This document shows positions 25,302-36,747 of a stretch of 64,000 nucleotides of DNA, piece after piece. The translations under genes were made by a program, and so were the position numbers. The stretch covers positions 7,071,241-7,135,240 of the forward strand of contig OZ316899.1 in NCBI GenBank assembly GCA_973895155.1. Reading direction: 5' to 3'. The stretch's first letter is position 1. Each line of letters opens with the position of its first letter. Source of the stretch: Marsupella aquatica (taxonomy: Eukaryota > Plantae > Marchantiophyta). Under the pieces are notes generated by a model. It saw only the letters and a list, made by a program, of their open reading frames with translations. It did no database searches and was not told the origin of the DNA.

Positions 25302-26772
25302 TGCAAGTCGCAGAACTCGACTACCTGAACACTAAGCTCCGGCGTCACTGACTCCGATGCCAAGCTCCCTTATGGTCCAGGCCCGGATAGGCCAGCCGGG
25401 GAGGACTTAGCATGGGGAGACTTGTGGGCAACGAGACGTGGCGCTAGCGAAGGCAAGGAGCCAAGTTGGTGACACACACTAAGGACTTGGACTAGCTGAG
25501 AGCTGGTCGGGTCAAGGGGAAATGGGCCGGGCTCAAGGACGACCATCCAAATCTCCGGATGGACTTTGCGTTTTGAGGGCTTGAGTGTGAGCTCCTCTTG
25601 GGCCCAAGGCCAATGGAGTTGACGCCATGGGCAACAAACGTGTGGGGCGCAAGTTATGGCCCAATTCGGGTTGGGCCGATCGGGGGTCCCGAACGGCGAT
25701 GAGACCTGAGGACCTAGGCATGAGCATTGGGTCGGTCCGATCACAGCGAGCTAAGGCACTCCGCTTGCGGTGGCCTAATGAGAAAGTTATGGGCTTGCCA
25801 GTTGGTGGCGCGCCCATTATGCGCAATAGGATTCGGGTTGGGGGGCAAAATGTTTAGGGACCAAAGCTGGTCCCGGGGGTGGGAGGTCTACAGAAGCATA
25901 TATGAGGGGAGTGGTGTCTCCCTGGGGGCTAAGGGCGAGCCGAAGTCGTGAGCCGCGGTGATCGCGACACTAAGGGAAACCGCCAAACGAAAATGGCGAT
26001 ATCTTCCTAACGGGAAGTCTGTTGGAGGACTTCTTGGATGCATTGGAAAGCTCTTGCCAAGGGCTACGCCCTCCTGAACTTACCATGGGTTCTTGGGGTT
26101 TTCGGGTGTTAACTCGCTCACTTGCCAAATCCTGCCGAACAACAGCCAAGCCGCGTTCAGTCTCCCAAGGGAGCTTGCATTGGGGAGGCAAGGCCAAGTA
26201 GGTGTGGAAGTTGAGTTCCAAGAGTGTCCAGCCCCTAGACCATCAATGAGGCAAATTGGGAGTTGGTTGCTAAAGTCAGGGCCATTCTGGTCCCGACGTG
26301 TTGGGACAAGCTTTAGGACAAGCTACGTTATTTGGGCCATGAGCATGTCCTGGGGTCAGGGCGGTCAGTTGGTGATGGATAGGTACGAGGGGGAACCTAG
26401 GCCACGCCCAAGGATGGAGTTGTTCTGGACAAACATTGGGCGTGGGTTCTGGTTCCGGCTTATGGCACCGGGAGGACCTATTGCCGACCTATTTACCAAT
26501 GTCTGTTGAGCTTGAGTTAGGATGCTAGACTTGGCGAGTTCTAGATCCTGAAGGGTTACTTACCGAGGTGCTTGGTTGCTTGTGCAGACAATGAAGACCG
26601 TTGAGTAGCGGTCGTGTTGGAGAGCAAGTGCGGCTTCGTATGGGAGGGGCCGTTGGCGGTGCAAGGGGCATTAGGGTGCTTGCTCAAGGTATTCCATGGA
26701 GGCATTTGGGCACTAGGGGCATTAGGCGTGAGTGCTAGGATTGGTGAGGGCGCTGGGTGGCTAGGTCCACCA
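25302..26772 (+). repeat. Complete 5' LTR (~1.47 kb) of chromovirus element B
   Basis: TGCAAGTCGC...GGTCCACCA, homologous to the element A LTRs and followed by a PBS. Confidence 0.88.
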
Positions 26773-26776
26773 CTTG

Positions 26777-26788
26777 TGGTATCAGAGC
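26777..26788 (+). promoter_or_regulatory. PBS (initiator tRNA-Met) of element B
   Basis: TGGTATCAGAGC 4 nt after the LTR end. Confidence 0.92.
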
Positions 26789-26919
26789 GATTATCGGCAT
26801 AGACATCGGGCCGAGGTTGTGTTAGGTCGGAAGCCAAAAATCTTAACGGATTTTTGCAGGGACTTAGTGCTTCAACGTGCCCAGCGGGTTGACTACGGGC
26901 AGATTCGGTCACTCGGAGC

Positions 26920-27625
26920 ATGGCTAAAGACACTCGATCAAAGAGTGGCAAATACGCTCCCCCTGCCAAGGGGAGAGCCCAAGTTCAAGATGAATAGAAG
27001 GAGGATGGGTCGACTTCCCTAGATGAACGTTACAAGCAGGCTGACAAAGACCGTCGACCGCCGCGGTGAACACATCAAGTGCAGAGCGCCGTTGACTTAA
27101 AGGGAAGGAGGTGGCCAATCCTTCAGAGAATGGGTCGGACAATGACGGCTCCGACGCGGATGGAAGCGACGACAATGCAAAAGTTGAATTGGAGGAAGAG
27201 GGTCAAGACCTAGAGGAGGAACTGATCCTAGCCTTGAGAGGGTTGGATGCAGAACCAGAGGATGATGTCAAGCCGGACGTCATTGTGGATAATTTGACCA
27301 AGCAAAGCCAGGGCGACACGGGTGATGCCTCAGTCCCGGGAGGTCATGGTGCCCGCAAGAGGTGGGGGGTGTCACCAAAATCCACAAGAGAAATTAAGGA
27401 CACGCAGCCCGCAAAGGAAAGACGGTTGGAGGACCGTCCTCATACAACCCGCAAGGGCCTAGGCGCTGATGACGGTTTGGGTCCATTGACTCAAGACCAA
27501 TGACTCATTTATGAGCAGTTTGAACACAACAAGGGGGCCCAAATTAAGTACTTACTTAGTCTGGGTAGTCAAAGTGCGACGTGTCCCAAGGGGGGAATGG
27601 TAGTTGGACGGATAATGTTCCAAGT
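26920..27625 (+). pseudogene. gag: 5' fragment of gag of element B
   Basis: ORF 27111..27503 aligns with 33632..34282 (EEEGQDLEEELI, EDRPHTTRKG); homology stops at TTCCAAGT, 27625. Confidence 0.85.
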
Positions 27626-29082
27626 TGTCACGTCGTCGGCTTTGGCCTTAACTCGGGCTTCAGCTTAGACGGGCACATCCTTTGTAAATATGAGGGTTCG
27701 GGCAGGGAGGGAAGCACGTAATGCACCTAATTCGTGTAAACTAGCGCTAAGTGCGCCTACTGTTAGATACGGACACCTCCTAGGTATGGTTTGTGTTCCG
27801 CCGCCGGAACATACCTTAGTCGATAGCAGGATTGACCCCGGCTTAAGGGCTTCTAAGCCTTCGTGTTGTCCGCCTTTGATCCGGATTTTATGATACAGGT
27901 CCTCAACCCGTGCTCGCAACCACTTACCCGCAAGCTGCACCCCGTGCACGATTTGGGTAGTGCGTTCGGCCCGACATTGCCACCTATACACGAGATTCAC
28001 CCATACATATACACGCACAAGCATACAATCTCGATTTACACGAAGGAAATGGTGGGAAAGGATTTTACTACATAGGGGACATATGCGTACACTTGATTGA
28101 CCCAACAGCTCTGGAGTGAACAGGTCCAAGACCGAGGGTGTACACTACAACGGAGCCTGGCTCCGCACTCGCCCAGCGAGCTTAGTCCTACCCCCCTCCC
28201 CTTGGTACTCTTCCACTCCCAGAGGTCGGGACTCCTCGCACATACCGCGGATGTCCAATTTGAGACTAAAAACCCCCCTGCCTCTACCGAGGGGTGCACT
28301 AAATACTAAGGGCCGAGGAACAGAGTGTCCTCCCGCCCGAAGATTCGCTGACTTAGGTCCTAACTAATCTGACTGTCAGGCCAAAAAACGGCTGTGTCTT
28401 ATTAGAAGATCCTAAACTATGCAGGCTGGACAGCATGGCGGTGCTGTTTTAACTAGGGCAGGTTCCTGCCCCCATAGCCTGATTTAGCTATTCCTAACCC
28501 TATTCTATTCCTACTCCGCCGCTAATGCCTGGCATGCGTGCTAGAGCCGCTCGAGTGGGAGCGGCCATCCCGTTGCTTACGAAGTTTGTCGTTGTCCGCC
28601 TTGAGGAGCTGGACCTGGTCCAGTAGAGATTCGTTCTCTCGCTTCACCGCATCCGTCTCCTCCGCTGCCTCCTGGCATGCCTCCTCCAGTTGCTGGGCGT
28701 CGCTCGTCAGCTTGCCTGCCAGCTGGTCCTGCTTCTCGGCTTCGGTTTGGAGCCGTGCCACTTTGACCTGTAGCGTGGCTATCTTTGTAGTGTCCCGCTG
28801 GGCCCGTTCTTGGCCTCCTCCAGGTCTTTCTGCCAGATGACAATTTGATTATTCAAACTGTCAATCTGGTTCCGGAGTTGTGCAATCTCGGCCTCGTTCC
28901 CAGCTTTGGCCTGATCGGCTAGGGCGGTAAGGGCCTGCGCCTTTGCTAACAACTCATCGGCGGCTGCAACTTTGGGTCGTAGTTGCAGAAGCTCAGCCTC
29001 TTGAGCCGCAACTTTGTTCTTTAAGTATACGGACTCCACCCGGTACCGCTCTATCCTCTGAAGGGCCTCTGACTGGGCCCTA

Positions 29083-31433
29083 TGTGACGCCAATGACGTG
29101 GTCCTTATTTTGTAATCTGATTAAGTAGGTTGCTGTATGCAAGGAGTAGCTATTGATATTGCATAACAATTAGCAAGATGGCAAGAATAAGGGCAATCAT
29201 GGCGTTAAGAGTAGGGAAATAAAAGCTATGTCGCGGGTGGTCGACGACCATATCTCTTTCAATATGTCACCAAATCCGGATCTGTAAAGAGCATTGGAAA
29301 GATCTGGTCAAGGCGAGTAAAATCGATATAAAACACTCGAGAAACGGAGGTGTATTAAGAAAGATACGGCCTGATTAGTGTGACGGGTTAACTTGTGGCC
29401 GGAATTAACGGATTCGGCTTCAGTTTCGGGTTAACCACGGCTTAGCTTATGTGAGCACGGCTTCAGCTTAGCTCAGGTCAGCACGGCTTCAGCTTAGCTT
29501 AGGTAAGCACGGCTTCAGCTTAGCTCAGGTAAGAACGGCTTCAGCTTAGCTCAGGTCAGCACGGCTTCAGCTTAGCTCAGGTCAACACGGCTTCAGCTTA
29601 GCTCAGGTCAGCGCGGCCTCAGGTTAGCATAGGTAAGCTCGGATTCGGGCTCAGCTTAGGCTAGGTTAGCGGATAGCGGGTAGCGGCCTAACCCGAGACC
29701 ACGGGTTAGCTCTACTCGGGTTAGATAGGATAGCTAGGTTAGCCAAATTCGGGTTAGCTATGTAACTCGGGTTAGCGCAGCAATGAGTACCCCCTCTCGA
29801 TTGCGGGGGCATAACTCTCTGTGTATTTGACCAAATCGGCTATAATTGACCTCGTTGGAAAGAGGAGCTCAAGCCGCTTCCAACGCTGCTATCCACGCAG
29901 AAAATGGTTAAATAGAGAAATCGGGAGAGGAGGCGCAAGCTCGCAAAAACTATGGAGGAGGGCCGAATCCGAAGTACATAGCCAATTCGAGATAGAAATA
30001 AAGTTGCGAGTTAGGGTTCAGTAGTTAGAGATAGTGGCGGCTCTGTTAGGGCTGGGATGGGGCTCCAGCAGCGTAGTATCCACCCATTTGGGCTCAGTAT
30101 GAGAGTATATAGGGCAGCCCCCGGTAGAGGCAAGGGGGGGGGGGACTTCAGTTGTGTGATCTCACTTAGACTGAGCAGCGGGGAGGAGCTCTGTGCAAGC
30201 AAGGCTGGACTTGGACGCTGCGTGTTGGGGAGAGCTTGGTTGTGCTATTACTCAGGGAGTAATCAGCCAAGCTTCACAGCAACGGGTTGCTAGGTTTGCG
30301 AGCTAGATTGTGGCTCTTTCTAGTGGGCAGCACAACTGGGTTCTTTTCCCCCGATACAGAGCCTTGGTGATAGGTGATGTATTGGTGATTGTAAACTGTG
30401 GGGAGGATTTCAATTCGATTTGCGGTGGGCACATTAGGGAGGCTGAGGTCCTGATTAAGGGGCAGCAGGAGGAGCATTTACAGTTCAGTCTGGCAAGGCT
30501 ACGTGATCCATGGGGAGTCCCTGCCTTTGTCTGGTGGAGAGCACTAAGGGATCTATGGCCAGAGCTGAGCTTGCAGGGCAAGCATGAGGCCGGGCCTCAT
30601 TGCAGTCTGGGGTAGATCGCCGTTAGGCCTGGTACCAGCCTTGAAGTCGAGTCAACTATGCATGCGTAACTTGACGTTCTGAATTGGAGGTGTGAGATCT
30701 GTATGTGCCCCCAAGAATGAAGTGCAGTGAAGGAGGTTGAGTTCAGGATTGAGTTTGCAAGGCAAGTACGGGATTGGTTCGAGTCCAATCTGCCGTCGCA
30801 ATCTGGAGTGAGCCGGGCTCAGGTTCAGGATTGAGCTTGCATGGCAAGCACGGGGCTTGCAGGGCAAGCACGTCACAATCTGGAGGAGACAGCCTTCGGC
30901 CCTAGTATTCGGATCAAGTGTTCTCAGTGAACTATTGTGCACATCTTTGAATCTAATTGAGTTTTCCTCTCAGGCCTCATTTCTCTCATGGATGTGTGTG
31001 TGTGTGAGGAAATATGAGTGTATGATGGAACTAGCAGCGCCACTGAGAGGTGTACCGGGTGCATTGAAGCGGGCTGGGTGAGGACTGTCATAGCTCTGAT
31101 TGTTGAGAGTGGAATGGCAGAGTGGTGGGGCAATGGCTTAGAAGTCCCTAAGCCGGGAATCAGTCAGGAGTCACTGGTTTATGGGTACATTCCGGCGGCG
31201 GAATAGAAACATACCTATGATAGTAAGCATATGTATAGACCTATTGCGCACCGTAGTGCTAGGCCCTGTGTGTACGGGCCCGATATGAAGACCCCTTCTC
31301 ACCAGAACTATCATGAGCGCAGATCTGATCCCCAACCTTGGTTCCTTGGGATTGAGCTTGGGTGATGTGTGATAGAGTCTTGCTATGATAGTCTGGTGTT
31401 AAGGGCATAAACTGGTGTTTATCGGCATTCACA
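29083..31433 (+). mobile_element. Element Z: ~2.35-kb non-coding solo-LTR-like insertion
   Basis: TGTGACGCCAAT...ATCGGCATTCACA imperfect inverted ends, internal tandem array, TATATA at 30106-30111 and the shared hairpin motif at 31189. The TSD is ambiguous (CCCT at 29078-29081 and 31438-31441). Confidence 0.68.
29454..29635 (+). repeat. 7 x 26-bp tandem array (AGCACGGCTTCAGCTTAGCTCAGGTC)
   Basis: Units start at 29454, 29480, 29506, 29532, 29558, 29584 and 29610, with degenerate flanks. Confidence 0.92.
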
Positions 31434-32377
31434 ACATCCCTTCGTGATCCTCAGGTACAAGGAGATGGTTTTGGCACCCATAGTGACGTTTTTGGTGTTA
31501 AGACCCATGTCAATCGCGTGACACCCGACGTGCTTTTACTGCGGCAACCAACTCCTGATTGAAGAAACAGGCTACCTTCCGGGCCATGAACTCCCCGGTA
31601 TCCCGGGAAATTTGATGAGAGAAATCTCCCAGAAGCCCGTTCAGAAATGTACCCGGTACGAAGAGTTCCGGGTGGTCCAGGTTGTGCCTGTCCGGAGTTG
31701 GGCACGGGAAGACGTCAACACGCGCGGGGGCCGGGGCAGTGACATCCAGCCCTGGGGACGTAGTGTTGGAAGGGGTTGGAGTGTCCTCCTGCAGCAATGT
31801 CCGGTTCTCCGGAATAGCCACCGGTGGGTCTTTGGGAGACCCGGGCTCGAGTAAGGCCTCCGCTGTACCGACTTTTGTACTTGGCCCGGCCTGTTGGATC
31901 GCATCTACGGTTGCAATAACCGACCCATCCGGTACCTCCTCGGTTACAACTACAGCTACTTGTGGAGGTGGGGTGGGTGAAGCCTGCGTGTCCGCTGGAC
32001 TTCGGGTCTCGGGTTGGGGCCGTCTCTCTAAGGCCGGGAAAACCCACCTAGCTGGGACCAGCTTTGTAATGTTGACACGGGGAAGGGTTCGTCGATCGAA
32101 CCGAGTGTACCACTCAAGAATGATCTCAATGTGGCTAGCAAAATACGCCTTCCCGCCAATGTATAGCGTCTTTCTTTGCCGCTCCATCTCTTCATGGAAT
32201 TTCTTAGCGAAGTACGACGCCCACTTCCTAGGTCGATAGTTCTCGACCTGGATAACCTGGGCAGCGGAGATCTCCCCCCGGGATTTCATCATGTGGAGGG
32301 CGTACCTTTGGAACTCCAGTCGCTCAGCTATCTCGGGGATGAGGCAGGTCCTCATCACGAACCCGTTGTCCACTGCC

Positions 32378-33484
32378 CCCGAGCGGCGATCAGACCTGAT
32401 GGCCTGGGCATGAGCACTGGCTTGGCCCGGTCACACGGGCTAAGGCACTCCGCTTGCGAATGCCTAACGAGAAAGTTATGGGCGTTGCCAGTTGGTGGCG
32501 CGCCCATTATGCGCGATAGGATCCGGGTTGGGTGCCAAATGTTTAGGGACCAAAGCTGGTCTGGGGGTGGCAGGTCTCCATAAGCATATATGAGGGGAGT
32601 GGTGTCTCCCTAGGGGCTAAGGGCGAGCCGAAGTCGTGAGCCGCGGAGGTCGCGATACTAAGAGAAACCACCAAACAAAAATGGCAATATCTTCCCAACG
32701 GGAAGTCCGTTGGAGGACTTCTTGGGTGCGTTGGAAAGCTCTTGAGGAAGGCTACGCCCTCCTGAGCTCAGCTGGGTCTGGGATACCTTGGGGTCTTGGG
32801 GTTTGCGGGTGTTAACTCGCCCACTTGCCAAATCCTGTCAAACAGCAGCCAAACTGTGTTCAGTCTCCCAAGGGAGCTTTCGTTGGGGAGGCAAGGTCAA
32901 GTAGGTGTGGAGGTTGAGGCCCAAGAGCATTTGGCCCCTAGATCATCAGTGAGGACAACCGAGAGTGGATTCTAGCGTCGGGGCCATTATGGTCCCGGCG
33001 TGTTGGGACAAGCTTGGGACAAGCTTTAGAACAAGCTACGCTATTTGGGCCATGAGCATGTCCTGAGGTCAGGGCGGTCAGTTGGTGATAAATAGGTACA
33101 AGGGAGAACTCGGGCCGCGCCCAAGGAAGGAGCTGTTCTGGACGAACAGTGGGCATGGGTTTTGGTTCCGGCTTATGGCATTGGGAGGACCTATCGCTGA
33201 CCTATTTACCAACGTCTGTTGAGCTTGAGTTAGGATGCTAGACTTGGCGAGTTCTAGATCCAGAAGGGTTACTTACCGAGATGCTTGGTTGCTTGTGTAG
33301 ATAGTGAGGACCGTTGAGTAGCGATCGTGTAGGTGAGCAAGTGCGGCTTCGTATGGGAGGGGCCGCTGGTGGTGCAAGGGGCACTAGGGTGCTTGTTCGA
33401 GGTATTCTGTGGAGGCATTCAAGGAAAGGGCACTTAGGCATGAGTGCTAGGATTGGTGAGGGCGTTGGGTGGCAAGGTCCACCA
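32378..33484 (+). repeat. 5' LTR of element A, missing its first ~390 bp
   Basis: Homologous to ~10975..11942 and ~25688..26772; ends ...GGTCCACCA, 4 nt before the PBS. Confidence 0.85.
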
Positions 33485-33488
33485 CTTG

Positions 33489-33500
33489 TGGTATCAGAGC
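33489..33500 (+). promoter_or_regulatory. Primer-binding site (initiator tRNA-Met)
   Basis: TGGTATCAGAGC directly after the LTR; canonical plant iMet PBS. Confidence 0.93.
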
Positions 33501-33631
33501 AATTGCTGGCATAGACACCGGGTCGGGGTTGCGCTAAGTCAGAATCCAAAAATCTTAACGGATTTTTGCGGGGACTTAGTGCTTCAACGTGCCCGACCGG
33601 TCAACTGTAGGCAGATTCGGTCATTGGGAAC

Positions 33632-35140
33632 ATGGCTAAAAACACTCAATTAAAGAGTAGCAAACAGGCTCCCCCCACCAAGGGGAGAGCCCAGGTTCAA
33701 GATGAACAGAAGGATGACGGGTTGACTTCCCTAGATGAACGTTACGAGCAGGATGCAGAAGACGCAACGGCCGAACCGTCGACCTCTGCGGCGAACACGT
33801 CGAGTGCAGAGCGCCGTGGACTTAAAGGGAAGGAGGTAGCTGATCCTTCAGAGGACGGGTTGGATGACGATGACTCCGATGCGGAAGGAAGCGACAACGA
33901 GGCTGAAGCCAAATCAGAGGAAGAGGGTCAGGACCTGGAAGAGGAACTGATCCCAGCCTTGAGAGGATTGAACGCGGAACCAGAGGATGATGTCCAGCCG
34001 GATGTCATCATGGATAATTTGACCAAGGAAACCCAGGGCAATGCGGGTGATGCCTCAGCCCCAAGAGGTCATGGTGCTCGCAAGACGCGGGGGGTATTAC
34101 CAAAATCCACAAGAGAACCTAAGGACAGACGGCCCGCAAAGGAAAGACAATTGGAGGACCGTCCTCATACAACTCGCAAGGGCCCAGCCGCTGACGACGG
34201 TCAGGGTCCGTTGACTCAAGACCAACAACTCATTTATGACCAGTTGGAACACAACAAGGGGGCCTATGAAGTACTTACTTAGTCTAGGTAGCCAGAGTGC
34301 GACGAGTCCCGAGGGGGGAATGGTAGTTGGACAAAGTATGTTCCAAGTGAACCAGCTACCAACTCCTCCAACTTACAATGGGGCCTATGAACAAAGTGGA
34401 CAAAAATTCCTGAGTTGGCTCTCCACGATGGAGATTCATCTCCAGGTGTGCGTTGAGCGATCCACTTGGGCTATCGCAGCCGCTCCTTACCTGAAGGACT
34501 ATGCCTTGACTTGGTACAAGTCATGGAAGAAGTCGCAAGATGACTCCTCCTTGCCGTTAACTTGGGAAAACCTGGTTGAGGGACTCCGTGCTCATGTCAC
34601 CACTAAGTACCCGGAGCAGCACGCTCAAAAATGTGTAACGGAGATGAGCTTCAGGGTGATATCAAAATGTTCATTACTTATTACCAGAATCAGTTGGCGT
34701 GTATCCCGGCGGGACAAGAGACCTACATACACAACTTCACAACTTTATAGTGAAGCTCCCGCCGTTGCTCAGGGAAAAGTTACAGGAAAAGCGTCATGAG
34801 TCCAAAACGCTTTCTGACGCCTTCGACAAGGCAACTACATTGGTGAATAACCGACCTGACTTGGCGAAGGTGGGTGGCAAGGGATCCGAGGGGGAAGCTG
34901 GGAAAGCAAAAGGTCCCGAAAATAAGCGTAAGCAGTCTGAGGGGGCGGGGGCCGGTGGTTTGGACCCCTAGCCCCAGAATGGAGAAGCTAAGCGAAACCG
35001 AAAGGCTGGCAACTTCAAGAAAGGAACCTCATCGGCACAGAAAGCAAAGAAGCAGGCAACCATGGAACAGAGGCGGGCTGAAGGTTTGTGCTTCACATGT
35101 GGTGCCATGGGCCATCAAAGTAAGGATTGTTCCACGAAAG
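33632..35140 (+). pseudogene. gag: gag (frameshifted), with an acidic N-terminus and CCHC zinc knuckle
   Basis: Consecutive ORFs 33632..34282, 34236..34799 (PPTYNG, YLKDYALTWY) and 34699..34971; CFTCGAMGHQSKDC in 35062..35490. Confidence 0.85.
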
Positions 35141-35299
35141 GTGGCAAGCCAAGCGGAGAGGGAGGGCAGAAGAGCATTAAGGTAAGTATCGCTCTAACCG
35201 AACCCTTAGTAGCTGACAAGGTCCCTGTAGGGGATGTTCCTGCAGGAGAGAGGGTGTTGTTGCAAGAGAAGATACCTCAAGTTAAGACAATGGATCCTG

Positions 35300-36557
35300 A
35301 AAAACTGATTTTTGTGAATGTCACTTCTAATGGTAATCTGGGGGTTGCTTTGGTGGATACAGGCGCGACCGCCTGCTTCATAAGTGGGCAGGCGGCAGCA
35401 CGTCTTGGGGTGGACGTGCAAGAGTTGCTACAACCGTTAGTGTGCAAGTTTGCCAACGACACAAAAGATAGTGTCGAGAGTAGTACATAGACTTTGGGTA
35501 GAGGTCATAGGCAAACAACAAAATTTTGTTAGTTAGGAGATGTTCTACATTCTAGACGGTCTAGCCGTAGACTTCATTTTGTCAATAGGTTATCTCAGAA
35601 AGCACAATGTTACCTTGAAACCGGGGGTTGAGTGCTCCATTTTCCCAATAAGGGCAGTGAGCCCATCATTGTACACAAAGTTACCAAAAATAAATAAAGA
35701 TTTCTCAAATTAAGTAAAGTGTCGTGGTTGTCTCCATGTGTATCGGCGAAGCAATGGTGGAAAGACTTCAAGGGTGGACATGAATGTTTCTTCTTTCATC
35801 TCCACCCAACTAAGGAGGCTGCGCCGCAGCCAAAAGGCAAGTCAGCTAAGGTTGGGCCCGACTGCGGTTGAATTCCAGAAATTTTAGAGGAATTCAACAA
35901 CGTGCTCTCGCAGAAGCTACCTAAAGGTTTACCCCCGCGGAGAGAAGTGGATCACCAAGTTGAGTTGGAGCCAGGTTTGGCTCCTCAGGCTAAAGCTCCT
36001 TATCGTTTGAACTTGAACAAACGAATGATGTTGAAGAACGCCTTGGAAGAGTTGATCGACCAAGGGTTCATTCGCCCTAGTAAAAGTCCTTACGGGGTGC
36101 CCGTGCTATTTGTGTCCAAAAAGGATGGTACTTTGAGATTGTGTGCAGATTACCGGGCCCTCAATAAGCAGACAGTAAAGACCAAGTACTCATTACCTCA
36201 TATGGATGACCTCTTTGATTGCCTCTCCGGGGCTAAGAAGTTTTCAAGGTGGACTTGCGGTCTGGGTATTACCAGATCCGCATGGCTAAAGGAGACAAGT
36301 ATAAGACCGCGATGCGCACAAGGTTTGGATCCTATGAGTTTTTGGTTATGCCGCTCGGGTTGTGTAACGCAACCGCAACATTCATGAAGATGATGAATAC
36401 CATCTTCCATGACTTGTTGGACCAAGGAGTGGTCATCTTTAGTGACAACATCCTGATCTACTCAAAAACATTGGAGGAACATGAGCAGTTGCTCAGAGAA
36501 GTGTTCTCTCGCCTTGGTAAGGCTCGTCTCTTTGCTAAACCTAGCAAGTGCAAGTTT
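35300..36557 (+). pseudogene. pol: pol 5' part: aspartic protease and N-terminal RT
   Basis: ALVDTGATACFIS (protease); PSKSPYGVPVLFVSKKDGTLRLCADYRALNK, DLRSGYYQI and MPLGLCNA (RT). The catalytic YxDD reads FSDN, and there is a frameshift near 36245. Confidence 0.92.
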
Positions 36558-36747
36558 TTTTTTTTTTTTTTGGTTTTGGAAATAAAAATGAAACCCGCGA
36601 AAACCCACGGGAAGGGGGGCCCAACAGGGCAACATAAGCGTGGGCAGCATAGTGTGACCCAGGTGAGGCCATAATGAGCACCTATGTGCAAAGGCACAAA
36701 GAAGTGTTCCTAGCCAACTAAAGTAGAATGCATAAACAAGTATTGCT

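Larger units (their letters stand above)
1..26727. repeat. Copy 1 (visible part) of a 37,273-bp head-to-tail tandem duplication
   Basis: Every ORF in 121..26509 recurs at +37,273 (567/37840, 8109/45382, 25370/62643). The offset is constant, so there is no net indel. Differences seen: 1843G/39116A, 6334G/43607A, 6881A/44154G, 24232C/61505A. Confidence 0.98.
28522..32373 (-). pseudogene. Family Y ORF remnant (X-like domain and Pro-rich linker 31510..32373; coiled coil 28522..29081), split by element Z
   Basis: NGFVMRTCLIPEIAERLEFQRYALHMMKSRGEISAAQV aligns without gaps to family X NGFFQSTCTNPHIGEMNDFLRVTMHCNLPRLEIGKAQV; heptad-rich ORFs 28779..29093 and 28522..28761. Confidence 0.75.
27626..32377 (-). 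mobile_element. Family Y element: divergent relative of family X inserted in gag B; right end lost
   Basis: Starts TGTCACG exactly where gag homology breaks. About 0.9 kb non-coding, then a minus-strand coiled-coil ORF end and a domain homologous to the family X protein. The expected second TSD copy (CAAGT) is not seen at the right boundary. Confidence 0.72.

Noticed and set aside
29454-29635. 26-bp repeat array as a CRISPR array
   Set aside because: The units are contiguous with no unique spacers, no cas genes are present and the context is eukaryotic retroelements.
36249-36674. ORF ending KCKFFFFFLVLEIK as an RT with a novel C-terminus
   Set aside because: It is read-through from gypsy RT into the LINE poly(T) tail and 3' UTR.
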